From positions 11,387-75,386 of the forward strand of contig CAJXOS010000006.1 of NCBI GenBank assembly GCA_913057725.1: 64,000 bases of DNA, given 5' to 3'. How positions within the stretch are numbered: the stretch's first letter is position 1; each line of letters starts with the position of its first letter. This document shows positions 37,307 to 47,902 of the stretch, piece by piece. Both the position numbers and the translations under genes were made by a program. The notes under the pieces were generated by a model. That model was not told where the DNA came from. It was given only the letters and a program-made list of their open reading frames with translations, and ran no database searches. Origin of the DNA: an uncultured Lewinella sp. Its GTDB lineage: Bacteria > Bacteroidota > Bacteroidia > Chitinophagales > Saprospiraceae.

Positions 37307-38872
37307 ATGATTAGCAATTTGATTAACCGCCTATTCAAGGGGTATTTAAAGTTTCATGAGGCAGACCTTAAGGCCCACTACAAAAGGCCTTTGCACCTTC
37401 AACGGCAGGAATTCATCCACCTCTTGAAGCCCAATGCCAACACGCTTTTTGGTAAGCAATATGACTTTCGAAGCATTCGGGATCACTCTACATTTGCTGC
37501 GCGCATTCCAGTACATTCTTACGACGAGCTTTGGCCTTATATTCAGAGAATTATTCAGGGCGAAGGAGATGTACTCACTACAGGAAAAGTTACCTGGCTA
37601 GCGAAAACAGCTGGTACTACAAGCGGCTCTAGCAAATATATTCCCATGACGCGCAACACCCTTCGCCGTTGCCATTTCAAAGCAGCATGGTATACCTTGG
37701 CTACGCTCTATGCGCATCACGAAAACATGCAAATCTTTGCGCAGCGAAATCTGCTGATTGGTGGTGGCATGTATGGTAAATACGAGAATAGTAATATTCT
37801 AGTAGGGGATATCTCAGGCATCGTAATAGGAAACATCCCTTTGCTCTTAAGGCCATTCTATTATCCTGACATTGAAACAGCGACACTCCCAAACTACGAG
37901 GAAAAAATTCAAAAAACCGCAGAGATCGCAGCGCGGCAAAATAACATTACCATGCTGGGTGGCGTCCCTACCTGGAACCTTTCACTCTATCGCCTGATAC
38001 TGGAAAAAACCGGGGCTAATAACCTAGTTGAAATTTGGCCTGGCCTCCAAGCCTATATCCATGGTGGTGTCCGCTTTAGCCCCTACCGAAAACAGTTTGA
38101 GCAATTAATCCCCAAAAGCGACTTCCTCTATCACGAAGTATACAATGCCTCTGAAGGTTACTTTGCCATTCAAGATCAGTTAGCAAAAGACGATTTACTA
38201 CTGCTACTCAACACTGGTGTATTCTACGAATTTATCGAGCTCAAACATTATCACCAGCAGCATTATGAAGCAGCAATAACCATCAAGGACGTGGAGGCTG
38301 GTGTTCCCTACGTCATGCTCATTACTACAAACGCCGGCTTATATCGCTACGTCATTGGAGATGTTATCACTTTTACGGAGGTCTTTCCTTTCCGTATCAA
38401 AGTTACCGGCCGAGTACAAGAATATATCAACGCCTTTGGTGAGGATCTTCAGCAAAGCCAAGTAGAACAGGCTTTGCTAGCCACCTGTAGGGCTACGCAG
38501 GCCGTCGTGCGGGATTACACAATCGCGCCACAGTATATTGGGCTGCAAGAAAAGGGTAGGCACCAGTGGTTCATTGAGTTTTCAACGCCACCTCAAGATC
38601 TATCGTTGTTTACAACCCTCCTTGATCGGGAAATGCAAATAGAAAATTCAAACTATAAGCAGAAGAGAGAAAATGACTTCGCTATCCAGCAATTAGAAGT
38701 CATCAGTTTGCCTCGCGGTTTTTTCCGACAATGGCTACAAGAAACAAATCGAATGGGCGGGCAAGCTAAGATCCCCCGCTTGGTCAATCATAGAAAAATC
38801 GCCGATAGTGTTTTGGAACTCCTCACTAAAACACGTACGCAAACGCAAAGAACTGCGTCACAAAACCAATAA
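37307..38872 (+). CDS. GH3 auxin-responsive promoter family acyl-adenylating enzyme
   Basis: KTAGTTSGSSKYIP, GVPTW, EVYNASEG, GLYRYVIGD, GGQAKIPRL. Confidence 0.9.
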   Translation: MISNLINRLFKGYLKFHEADLKAHYKRPLHLQRQEFIHLLKPNANTLFGKQYDFRSIRDHSTFAARIPVHSYDELWPYIQRIIQGEGDVLTTGKVTWLAKTAGTTSGSSKYIPMTRNTLRRCHFKAAWYTLATLYAHHENMQIFAQRNLLIGGGMYGKYENSNILVGDISGIVIGNIPLLLRPFYYPDIETATLPNYEEKIQKTAEIAARQNNITMLGGVPTWNLSLYRLILEKTGANNLVEIWPGLQAYIHGGVRFSPYRKQFEQLIPKSDFLYHEVYNASEGYFAIQDQLAKDDLLLLLNTGVFYEFIELKHYHQQHYEAAITIKDVEAGVPYVMLITTNAGLYRYVIGDVITFTEVFPFRIKVTGRVQEYINAFGEDLQQSQVEQALLATCRATQAVVRDYTIAPQYIGLQEKGRHQWFIEFSTPPQDLSLFTTLLDREMQIENSNYKQKRENDFAIQQLEVISLPRGFFRQWLQETNRMGGQAKIPRLVNHRKIADSVLELLTKTRTQTQRTASQNQ

Positions 38873-39494
38873 AATAGCCACCATAGACATCGGATGGCTC
38901 ATGAGCCTTCAGGAGTAATCGTGCTGTACCAACAGCACCGGCTACAACTAAGGTTATCATCAACAGTTGCATCATGCTCACTTCTAAGGGCAGGACGTTG
39001 ACCCAAGGCATGCTAAAACTTCCATAGCTAAACCAGCCCATACTGATAATGACCATTCCGATTAGACCTCCCATACCCACAGCATGGGCACTAATCTTAG
39101 AAAAAATATTGATGATGAAGCTGAGGAAAAGCGCTAGAACAGTTCCCAACATAAAGGAAACATAGGCGGGTGGCAACTGGCCGGTCTGAGAAAAGTTGTA
39201 GTACACCCACAGATAGAGCATTCCTGTAATCAGGTAGGGGCCAATGCGATCTTCGCGTTCACGAACTTGCACGTCTTGCACCATACCCAGGAAGTACATG
39301 ACCATGATGGATACCGCGGGAATGAAGAAGGTGTAGAGAAATACCAAAAGGAGCAACATCTTAGCCCCTTCGTCCTTTAAGTTGCTCACCCCAAAAAGAT
39401 AGGGGTTAATCAGTAGCAGCAATACCAACATATAAGTAGGTATTAGCAGCGGATGAAAGACAACAGACAGCCCCCAGGCCACACTTCTCAACAT
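38826..39494 (-). CDS. PAP2-like integral membrane protein
   Basis: SVVFHPLLIP, KISAHAVGMGG, ARLLLKAH..SDVYGG; ATG 39494 preferred. Confidence 0.75.
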   Translation of the reverse strand: MLRSVAWGLSVVFHPLLIPTYMLVLLLLINPYLFGVSNLKDEGAKMLLLLVFLYTFFIPAVSIMVMYFLGMVQDVQVREREDRIGPYLITGMLYLWVYYNFSQTGQLPPAYVSFMLGTVLALFLSFIINIFSKISAHAVGMGGLIGMVIISMGWFSYGSFSMPWVNVLPLEVSMMQLLMITLVVAGAVGTARLLLKAHEPSDVYGGYFIGFVTQFFAFAYVF

Positions 39495-39647
39495 AAGTTC
39501 GTCATTTGGAAGGGCAAAGATAATTGTTTTCGACACCTGTCCGGATAATTGCTTAAGCCATCCAGCTTGGGTTAATGCAGATCTTCTTATTTTGCCTTAC
39601 GCGAGATTGCATCAGCAAATAGTACGCGTAGCTTAACTAAGCCACCT

Positions 39648-41012
39648 ATGGACTTCATGGACTTCTGGGGACAAGTAGCTTTTCGCCTGGGCGAGCAGCA
39701 AATTTTAATGGGGCGCCTCATCACTGTAACCACTGCGTTAGTGATCCTGGCTGTATTGACCTTTTTCCTTCGTAGAAAGTGGCTAGAGCGTTTCTTTGAG
39801 CACGAAGTCAATTCTGAAAAGGGTCGGCGTCGAATCCGTAGACTTACTACCGTTTGCCTGGCACTAATTGCGGTATTGATCGTCACATTGGGACTCCCTG
39901 CTGACTTTGCCCTAAGCAACGCCCAAGACAGTCTCTTCTCTCGCCTTAAGCTATCCACCATTTTCGAAGCCCTACTGATCTACTATATAGCCCGGCTAGT
40001 AGACGAAGGGCTTTCTGATCTCCTGACTCGTCGTTACCAACAACGACGCGAGCAGCAAATTCAAGAAGGCGGTTTGTACCAGATTCAAGCTGGTGGTTCG
40101 AAGGTGAGTGTAAGTCATATTGTACAGCCGATTGTCTATCTGATTGCGCTCACGTTTATCATCCAGCAGTTGCAGTTAGACTTTCCTATTTCGGTTCCTT
40201 GGTCGACGGAAGGCACTTCGCTAAATACGATACTAAGTGCCGCTCTTATTTTGCTATTCACGCGCCTGCTACTCTGGGTACTAACTGAAATCATTCTTTA
40301 CCCTTATTACAAGCAGAAAGAAATAAATGTAGGCAGCCAATATGCCATCAATCGCCTGCTAACCTATTTCATCCTGGTTATTGCCATTCTAGCGACGCTG
40401 CAGTATGTGGGCATCAACCTCACCGTTTTACTCGGTGGTGCTGCTGCCCTGTTAGTCGGCATTGGATTGGGTTTGCAGCAGACTTTCAACGACCTTATCT
40501 GTGGTATCATTCTCCTCTTCGAGCGGACTGTCGAACTTGGTGACATCGTCGATATGAACGGCTTGGTAGGAACAGTAAAAAAGATTGGTATCCGCACCTC
40601 GCTAGTGGAGACCCGAGACAATGTATCGGTCATTGTGCCCAATTCTAAATTGGTAGCAGACAATGTCATCAACTGGAGTCATTTTGATTCTAAGGCGCGA
40701 TTCAACGTCACGGTTGGTGTCGCCTATGGTTCGGATACCGCCTTGGTTAAGGAAATATTGATGGAAGTGGCTACCAGTCACCCAAAAATTGTGAGACGTC
40801 CACAGCCGATTGTCCGTTTCGTAAACTTTGGTGACTCCTCTCTTGATTTTGAGATTCTCTTCTGGTCAAGAAGCCTTATAGAGATTGAAGACGTGAGAAG
40901 TGATCTGCGATTTGAAATCGATCGCCGTTTTCGCGAAAGCAAAATCACCATACCATTCCCGCAACGCGACGTTTGGATCAAAAAGGAAGACCTTCCTCCT
41001 TCGGACGCTTAA
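39648..41012 (+). CDS. mscS: Small-conductance mechanosensitive channel (MscS family)
   Basis: VGIGLGLQ, GIILLFER, IVPNSKL, VGVAYGSD, IPFPQRD. Confidence 0.9.
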   Translation: MDFMDFWGQVAFRLGEQQILMGRLITVTTALVILAVLTFFLRRKWLERFFEHEVNSEKGRRRIRRLTTVCLALIAVLIVTLGLPADFALSNAQDSLFSRLKLSTIFEALLIYYIARLVDEGLSDLLTRRYQQRREQQIQEGGLYQIQAGGSKVSVSHIVQPIVYLIALTFIIQQLQLDFPISVPWSTEGTSLNTILSAALILLFTRLLLWVLTEIILYPYYKQKEINVGSQYAINRLLTYFILVIAILATLQYVGINLTVLLGGAAALLVGIGLGLQQTFNDLICGIILLFERTVELGDIVDMNGLVGTVKKIGIRTSLVETRDNVSVIVPNSKLVADNVINWSHFDSKARFNVTVGVAYGSDTALVKEILMEVATSHPKIVRRPQPIVRFVNFGDSSLDFEILFWSRSLIEIEDVRSDLRFEIDRRFRESKITIPFPQRDVWIKKEDLPPSDA

Positions 41013-41021
41013 TCCATTGCT

Positions 41022-41702
41022 ATGTACAAGCTATTGTTATTCTCATCCTTCCTACTTATGTGGTCTTTTTCCGGAGCTCAAGACTGGGCTAACTTAAATC
41101 GCTTCCAATCTGCTAATGAAGCATTAGGCGCACCTGCTCCAGATGAAAATCGCGTCGTTTTTATGGGTAATTCTATTACTGAAGGCTGGCTTCAGGATAG
41201 CTTGATGCTCTTCAAGAATCCTGCCTACGTCAACAGAGGCATTAGTGGCCAAACTACCCCTCAAATGCTACTGCGCTTTCGGCAAGATGTCATTGACTTA
41301 CAGCCTAAAGCTGTGGTCATCCTAGCTGGCATTAATGATATTGCTGGGAATACAGGCCCCTCCAGTTTAGAAATGATCACCGACAATATCTTCTCAATGG
41401 CTGAACTAGCCGAAAGCAATGGAATAGCAGTGATCCTTTGCTCCGTCTTACCAGCAGATGACTTCCCTTGGCGCCCAGGCCTTGATCCTGCTCAGAAGGT
41501 TGTTGCCCTTAATAAAGAACTCCAAGCTTACGCTCAAAAGCATGGGCACACCTATGTTGATTATTTCTCAGCGATGGTAAATGACCACCTAGGCTTACAA
41601 GAAGAGCTTACCTATGATGGCGTACACGCTACTATTGCCGGATACCGCGTAATGGAGCCTCTCGTTGAAGCAGGCATTAAAAGTGCACTGCAACGTGAAT
41701 AA
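41022..41702 (+). CDS. SGNH/GDSL hydrolase
   Basis: GNSIT, NRGISGQ, LAGIND, DGVH. Confidence 0.92.
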   Translation: MYKLLLFSSFLLMWSFSGAQDWANLNRFQSANEALGAPAPDENRVVFMGNSITEGWLQDSLMLFKNPAYVNRGISGQTTPQMLLRFRQDVIDLQPKAVVILAGINDIAGNTGPSSLEMITDNIFSMAELAESNGIAVILCSVLPADDFPWRPGLDPAQKVVALNKELQAYAQKHGHTYVDYFSAMVNDHLGLQEELTYDGVHATIAGYRVMEPLVEAGIKSALQRE

Positions 41703-41780
41703 GTAATCTATTGTCTTTTAGGACAGTTAATATCCGCCAAACATGTATTTGCGGATACCACATCACCTAACTGTCCACTA

Positions 41781-42641
41781 ATGAAATTCACCACCTGCTT
41801 TTTTTCATGTTTAGCCCTTTCTGTTCTGGTTTTTGCTTGTACCGAAACCACGGAACCAGCAGCGTCAGATGATCAGCAACCCGAGTCCCTAGCTTTTAAG
41901 AGCTACGACAACCTTCAGTCCAGAGAGGTTCTGGTTGTCGGAACAATCCACTTTGATGAAAATGTCCTCGAATCAGATCAGCAAAAGGACATTCAGCTGT
42001 TAGTAAATAAACTAGCTGCTTATCAACCCACGAAAGTCATTCTGGAGTGGGAACCTCATCGCCAAGCGAATACCAATGACAACTATCGCTCGTACTTAGA
42101 TGGCACCTTTGACATTAGCGAGCGCTACAATGAAGTCTATCAATTGGGCTTCCGTCTGGCAAAGCAAGTTGGCCACGATAGCCTTTTCTTGTTTGATGAT
42201 CAAACACCATTTATTGGCTCCCTGGAGGATTTTTCTTTCGATGCCCTGAGCGAGTATGCCGAACAGCACGATGTCGGCTTTTATGATCTCCACCTTGATT
42301 CGCTAATCAACAACTTCAACCACAACCAAGAACTCCTTAAGAAGGATGGCCTGGCTAAACACATTACTTGGTTGAACTCTCCCGAACATCAACATATTAA
42401 TGCCCAACGAATGCACCTATTTGAAGTCCGGATAGGCATCCAAGACAACTGGATAGGCCCCGATTGGTTAGGACGCTGGTATCAACGCAACGTCAGGATG
42501 ATGAGCAATGTGTTGAAGTTTAGCGAGCCCGGAGATCGGCTACTCATTATCGTGGGCGACAACCATAAATGGGTTTTAGACGACTTGTTCAGATACACGC
42601 CAGACTTTGCAGTAGCTTCAAGTTGGGAGTTACTACAATAA
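41781..42641 (+). CDS. DUF5694-like lipoprotein
   Basis: Lipobox VFAC; VVGTIHF, NEVYQLGFRLA, WYQRN, IIVGDNH. Confidence 0.72.
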   Translation: MKFTTCFFSCLALSVLVFACTETTEPAASDDQQPESLAFKSYDNLQSREVLVVGTIHFDENVLESDQQKDIQLLVNKLAAYQPTKVILEWEPHRQANTNDNYRSYLDGTFDISERYNEVYQLGFRLAKQVGHDSLFLFDDQTPFIGSLEDFSFDALSEYAEQHDVGFYDLHLDSLINNFNHNQELLKKDGLAKHITWLNSPEHQHINAQRMHLFEVRIGIQDNWIGPDWLGRWYQRNVRMMSNVLKFSEPGDRLLIIVGDNHKWVLDDLFRYTPDFAVASSWELLQ

Positions 42642-42740
42642 CTGCAACTAAACTAGCAAACTTGGGAAGGGGAACTATTGTGTTCAGGTCATCCTATTAA
42701 TGATCGCTATCTTTCAAGAGCGGTTTCAAGCACTGAGCAT

Positions 42741-43220
42741 ATGAAGGTCATTAATATCCATCAAAGAGTTATTTCTAGTCCGCCTGAACGAGTGGTTCCC
42801 TTACTCCGTACTTTGGCCTCTGATGAGGATTTGGTCTGGCCAGTAGAACAGTGGCCACGTATGCGCCTAAATGAAGGGCTTAAGCTTGGTTCCAGGGGCG
42901 GTCACGGTCCCATTCGGTATCATATTGAGGAGCTTATTCCTGACCAGTCTATCCAATTTCGCTTCGAACAACCTAAAGGGTTTGACGGCTATCATCGCCT
43001 GAGCATAGATAAGGATCACCAACAGCAAACTCGTCTCCATCATGTTATTGACATGAAAACTAACGGCCTGGGCACTATTGCCTGGCTATTGGGTATTCGC
43101 TGGTTACACGATGCTCTGATCGAAGATGCTTTTGATAAAATTGAAAACCAGCTGTGTGGAACACAAAAACGTACGGAATGGAATTGGTGGGTAAGAACCT
43201 TACGCAGGGTGCTTAAGTAG
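42741..43220 (+). CDS. SRPBCC-like hypothetical protein
   Basis: NIHQR, WP..WP, GGHGPIRY, WLHDALIED; ATG 42741 preferred. Confidence 0.7.
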   Translation: MKVINIHQRVISSPPERVVPLLRTLASDEDLVWPVEQWPRMRLNEGLKLGSRGGHGPIRYHIEELIPDQSIQFRFEQPKGFDGYHRLSIDKDHQQQTRLHHVIDMKTNGLGTIAWLLGIRWLHDALIEDAFDKIENQLCGTQKRTEWNWWVRTLRRVLK

Positions 43221-43245
43221 ATTCTATACCTGGCTAGAAAGTACG

Positions 43246-43704
43246 CTAAACGGACATAGCTAAGGCCGCATCCTCTAGTTCTCTCATCTTGGTAGCCTCC
43301 TCTGGCGATTTGTCGCCATAACCACAGAGGTGTAAGACGCCATGTATTACTACCCTCTTTAACTCTTGCTCAAAGGTGAGGTTCCGATCCTGAGCATTAT
43401 CAGCCACACGATCAAGACTAATGTAGAGATCGCCACTCACAAGTGGTGGGTCAGCATAAGGAAAAGTAATGATGTCGGTGAGGGTGTCGTGATCGAGATA
43501 TTCCACATTAAGTTGATGTAGATATGGATCACTACAAAAGATGTAACTCAGGCTGCCCAGGGAACAGTGATGGTGGGAAATAACACTCGAAATCCAAGCA
43601 GGTAAACTGTTGAAATCGAAATCTGGCTCGTCGATATCGGCAAATGAAAAAACAATACCCGCTTCAGATGATTCTGCGGGTAGCTCAGGAAAAAAGTCTT
43701 CCAA
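43246..43704 (-). CDS. ybeY: rRNA maturation RNase YbeY
   Basis: HDTLTDIITF, GDLYIS, HGVLHLCGY. Confidence 0.93.
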   Translation of the reverse strand: MEDFFPELPAESSEAGIVFSFADIDEPDFDFNSLPAWISSVISHHHCSLGSLSYIFCSDPYLHQLNVEYLDHDTLTDIITFPYADPPLVSGDLYISLDRVADNAQDRNLTFEQELKRVVIHGVLHLCGYGDKSPEEATKMRELEDAALAMSV

Positions 43705-43706
43705 TA

Positions 43707-44120
43707 TTAGATCTTGAATTGCATCTCTACGGTACGACCACCGTTACGGAAAGCGAGGTGATCAGATAGGTGCTGCATGAGGAATACCCCACGGCCACCA
43801 CACTTACAGAGATTCTCCTCCTTGGTTGGATCAGGAACTTGTTTGTAGTCGAAGCCACAACCTTCATCAGAAACTTGGATAGCAAGTTTGTTCTTGCCTT
43901 CTCTCAAGCTGATGGAGACTTGCTTATCCCGATCTTCACAATTACCATGGATAATGGCATTATTGACAGCTTCGGTAAGACTAATCAGGATGTTGCCATG
44001 CTGATCATCATTAAGTCGGTACCGTCTTACTAATTTGGTAACAAATTGCTCGACTTTAGCGATGCTGTTAGGTTCTGAGGATAGTCTTAGCATAAAAGGT
44101 TGTGCACTAGTCTTCGTCAT
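43707..44120 (-). CDS. RsbW-like ATP-binding protein (HATPase_c_2)
   Basis: EAVNNAIIHGN, DEGCGFD, GGRGVFLM. Confidence 0.88.
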   Translation of the reverse strand: MTKTSAQPFMLRLSSEPNSIAKVEQFVTKLVRRYRLNDDQHGNILISLTEAVNNAIIHGNCEDRDKQVSISLREGKNKLAIQVSDEGCGFDYKQVPDPTKEENLCKCGGRGVFLMQHLSDHLAFRNGGRTVEMQFKI

Positions 44121-44239
44121 ACGTTCTCAATGTAATGTTTTAATGAATACGGCGCAAGGGTTTGTCGCTATCGATTCACACTAACTTTGGACGTCATTTG
44201 GGAATGGGGTCACACCTGGGCTTGATAGGGATTGGACCA

Positions 44240-44287
44240 CAAAATTAAGGGATGATAGGCAATAAGTCAAGGCCCCATCATCCCTTA
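44240..44287 (-). terminator. Hairpin after the DUF4175 gene overlapping the promoter of the RsbW-like gene
   Basis: TAAGGGATGAT/ATCATCCCTTA perfect 11-bp stem; the minus-strand tail TAATTTTG is also a -7 element. Confidence 0.6.
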
Positions 44288-44305
44288 TTGTAATTTTTAC
44301 AGTTA

Positions 44306-47300
44306 CTACTGGTCGCGTAAGCTCTTAAAGTATTCGTCTACCAAATACTTGTAATACGGCTTCAAGGCCGGCGAAACGGTCTTAAACATATCGATTTCAG
44401 CCTCACGCTGCTTCAGGTATTCCTGCAGCGATGGTGGTAGTTCACGCTCGCGTTGGCGGGCTGTTTCCGATTTACGGCGTTCGTCTTGATCTTGCTGGCG
44501 CTCTGCTTTTTCGTGCTCCAACAAATTCGACATGATTTCCTGCTGGCGTTGCATCATTTCGTTGGTCAAACGCTTGTTTACCAAGTCTTCTTCCGTTTGA
44601 TCCATTTGATCAATCAGCTCTTGTAGTTTAGGATCAATTCCTTCTCCACGTTGCTGACGCTCTGCTTGTTTCTTACGTAAAGCATTTCGCATGGCCGCTT
44701 GTCTAGCAGCCATCTGTGCATATTCCTTACTACTTATTCCTTGCCCTTTTTCCAGGCCGTTCTTCATTCGTTGCAACCCCTCGTTGATCGATTGTTGGCC
44801 CGGACTCATTTTATCCTGTGGCTTGTTTCCTTGCTTTCCTTGGCCATTCCCTCCGGGGTTGTCACACATTTGGTCACCAGCCATCATGCCCGACATTTGC
44901 TGCTGCATCTGGTTCATGACCTCACTCAGCATCAACGCCAGATCATTTACATTTGTCATGGTGCGCTGCTGATGCTCCGAGGCCTGCGGCACTCTACGTT
45001 CTTCCAGTTCATCTACGCTTTCGCGCATATTGCCTCGGATCTCTGTTACCTTTTCCGTAACAAATGATTCGATCTGGTAAACCCGCTTACTCAAGGCATG
45101 CAAACTATCTTGAATCAAGCGGAAATCATCTTTGAGCTTAAACTGCTGCTGTACTAGATCAACATAGCGTGGCGTGTTAATATCTGCACGGCCAAAGTCG
45201 TCGATTAAATCCTCTTGTTCGAAGGAAAGTCCTACCAAGTTTTCTAGCAACTGACGAAGCGCCTGCATGTCTTCTTCCATCTGCTCCATCTCCTGGCTTT
45301 GCATCTGCTGCTGCATCATGCTTGCCATACTCTTCATCTTCTGACCCGCCTTTTGCTGAGACTCGCTTGCTCCACTATTCTCCTGCTTCTCCAATTGCTC
45401 TTGGCTATCTTGCATATCCTCCTCGATGCTCTCAGACTGCTCTTCGAAGTCGCCCATTTCCATGGGGTTTTCCAACTCCTCATTCTTCTGCTCCATCTCC
45501 TCCATCTTCTCCTGGATATCATTGAACTTCTCGCTGATCTCCTCCTGCTTCTCCTGAAGCTCCTCTTGTTTTGCTTGGCGCTCTTCGTCCGACATCTCTT
45601 GCTGATCCGTCTGCTCTGTCTCTTCAGCTAGTTGTTCTTGCTCTTCGGCAAGCTCCTCAAGTTCATCGATGGTCTCTTGCATATCCTGCTCCAACTCCAG
45701 CTGTTTATACATTTCTAGCATCCGGTCCAGCTCCATTTCCATCTCCTCGTCGCTGAGCTCCATTTCTTCCATCATCTCCAGCGCTTCATCCTTCTCCAAC
45801 TCCTGCAACAACTCTTCAATTTGCTGCATTAGCTCCTGCATCTCCTCGCTAAAAGATTCTTCGAACATCTCCTGAAGCTGCTCCTGCTTCTCCAGAATTC
45901 GCTCTTCTTGTGGCGATAGTTCTTCCTGATTTTGCTGATTCTCTTCGAACAGCTGCTGGGCCTCTTCAATCTGCTGCTGCAGTTCTTTCTGGCGTTCCAA
46001 CATGCGCTCTAGCTCCTTGCGATCCTGCCAGTCCAGTTCTTTTTCCTGAAGTAACTGCTCACGCATCTCCTTCATATCTTCCTGAATCTTCTTAGATTCT
46101 CTCAGCGCTGCTTCAAGTTCGTCCTTGATCTGCTCTTCGTTCTCCTCGATCTTAGCCGCCAATTCCTCTTCGGTAGGCATAGCGTAAGTCATCAAGTTGG
46201 TGCGAGCAGACTTCCGCCCGTTTACACCATCATTATCCAATACCTCGAAGTAGTAAACCACATTGTCGCCTGGCTCAAGGCCAAGTTCGCGAACATCGAA
46301 AGTGTAGTCGTAACGAGTGGCTTTTTTGCCGGTAATAGCAAGTGGAATAGAAACGGGCTCTTGAGCAGCACCTTCTATATCACTAACCGTATAAGTAAAT
46401 GTCAACTGGCTTAAGCCATGATCATCTGCAGCATCGCCAATGAAATACATTAAGCGCGAGATGGTACTATCCTGGAAAGCCTCTACGCTGATCTCTGGAT
46501 ACAAATCAGGAATTACGCTAAGGGTATAACCAATGGAATCTGCCTTAGGTAGCAATGCGTTGGACACATATAGGCGGTAAGTCAAATCGCGAAGCGCTCG
46601 TTTTTCAATACTGAAAAGCTCATCATCGAATCGACGTGCCTCTTGAATATCTGTCTCATCCGAGAAAGCAATGCTCAATTCATCGGTGTGCTGTGCATTG
46701 AAAACCCAATTGACCTGCGTTCCTACCGGCACACTTAGATCACCAATGTTATCAAGTTTTTCATCTTGGCGGCCCAGATAAGCAGGGTAGTCCAACTGAA
46801 CTTCAAAACTGCTGATATTAGGCTTCTTTAAAACTTCCAAGGTGAATTCTTCCGAACTGACTCCACCCGCAAAAATGCGGAAAGGGGTATCCTTTTGCAC
46901 ATTGCTAAACCGGTGAGAGAACTGATTAACAGCATCCTTCGAAAGACGATATTGATAGTTATCTACTTCAATGTAGGCCTCATTTGGAAACTGATCACCT
47001 TCAACCTCAATACTCAATGGAAAATCGCCAAACTGCACTACCGACAACTCATCAGTCATCAGGTTAAACTTAAAAGGTGCAGGGCGTTCAAACTCCTGTC
47101 CATTTTTGATGAGTCGAGCAGTTGAGTCTTTGATCATGCTCGGCGCAGCAAACAACAACACCAATAACAACAGCAATGGTGGCAGCGCGTAGCGTAGATA
47201 CTTGCGGTTCTTGTTAAGATCAATGGCTGAACGGAATGGAACAGGGCGAATCTCGGCAGTCTTCTGATTGATACTGGCTTCAATGAGCGCTTTGTTTTCA

Positions 47301-47671
47301 GCGATATTCGCTTGGCTCCTCAGCTGCAGTACATTCAGTAGTTTATCTTTTACATTCGTGAAATGTGAACCAATAATTTCGGCTGCTTGCTCGTGTGATA
47401 TAATCTTTCCCAGTTGGAAATACGCCAGTAGCGGTTGAACAACCCAAAAGCCAAGTGCGGCCAGGGAACTAGCCAGAAATCCAAAAAAAAGCAACTTTCG
47501 TGCTCCAGTACCAAAGTAAAAGTAATGTTCTAATAAGCTTACTGCCAGAAAGAGGATCAAAATAGTCCCCATACTGTATAAGCCTCCTCGAATCAATTGA
47601 TTGACATAGTACTTGCGGATGAATCGATCCAGCTTCTCTACTAACAATTGATAATTATCCTTAGCCGCCAT
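44306..47671 (-). CDS. DUF4175 family membrane-anchored coiled-coil protein
   Basis: N-terminal TMs, beta-rich middle (DDHGL, EVLDNDGVNGRK), long E/Q/M-rich coiled coil; -7 element TATATTTG at 47745-52 (minus). Confidence 0.85.
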   Translation of the reverse strand: MAAKDNYQLLVEKLDRFIRKYYVNQLIRGGLYSMGTILILFLAVSLLEHYFYFGTGARKLLFFGFLASSLAALGFWVVQPLLAYFQLGKIISHEQAAEIIGSHFTNVKDKLLNVLQLRSQANIAENKALIEASINQKTAEIRPVPFRSAIDLNKNRKYLRYALPPLLLLLVLLFAAPSMIKDSTARLIKNGQEFERPAPFKFNLMTDELSVVQFGDFPLSIEVEGDQFPNEAYIEVDNYQYRLSKDAVNQFSHRFSNVQKDTPFRIFAGGVSSEEFTLEVLKKPNISSFEVQLDYPAYLGRQDEKLDNIGDLSVPVGTQVNWVFNAQHTDELSIAFSDETDIQEARRFDDELFSIEKRALRDLTYRLYVSNALLPKADSIGYTLSVIPDLYPEISVEAFQDSTISRLMYFIGDAADDHGLSQLTFTYTVSDIEGAAQEPVSIPLAITGKKATRYDYTFDVRELGLEPGDNVVYYFEVLDNDGVNGRKSARTNLMTYAMPTEEELAAKIEENEEQIKDELEAALRESKKIQEDMKEMREQLLQEKELDWQDRKELERMLERQKELQQQIEEAQQLFEENQQNQEELSPQEERILEKQEQLQEMFEESFSEEMQELMQQIEELLQELEKDEALEMMEEMELSDEEMEMELDRMLEMYKQLELEQDMQETIDELEELAEEQEQLAEETEQTDQQEMSDEERQAKQEELQEKQEEISEKFNDIQEKMEEMEQKNEELENPMEMGDFEEQSESIEEDMQDSQEQLEKQENSGASESQQKAGQKMKSMASMMQQQMQSQEMEQMEEDMQALRQLLENLVGLSFEQEDLIDDFGRADINTPRYVDLVQQQFKLKDDFRLIQDSLHALSKRVYQIESFVTEKVTEIRGNMRESVDELEERRVPQASEHQQRTMTNVNDLALMLSEVMNQMQQQMSGMMAGDQMCDNPGGNGQGKQGNKPQDKMSPGQQSINEGLQRMKNGLEKGQGISSKEYAQMAARQAAMRNALRKKQAERQQRGEGIDPKLQELIDQMDQTEEDLVNKRLTNEMMQRQQEIMSNLLEHEKAERQQDQDERRKSETARQRERELPPSLQEYLKQREAEIDMFKTVSPALKPYYKYLVDEYFKSLRDQ

Positions 47672-47902
47672 TTCTTCTACTTCTATTATTGTACAATCAG
47701 CCTAGGGCCATTTTGAATGTTTGCTCATTCAATTCAATAACAATCAAATATACGTTTTAGTATAGCTATTGGTTGCCTAAACCCTTTCTAAATCGGGAGA
47801 ATAGGGGCGAAATGCAGTGAATGGCTCTTTCAAGACCATTCTGGCCGCACGAGCACTTTAAAGTCACCTGTTAACTCACCATACCTTATAAAGTGCTGCT
47901 TT

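Noticed and set aside
44691-46095. Several Leu/His/Ser-rich plus-strand ORFs
   Set aside because: Antisense shadows of the E/Q/M-rich coiled coil of the DUF4175 gene.
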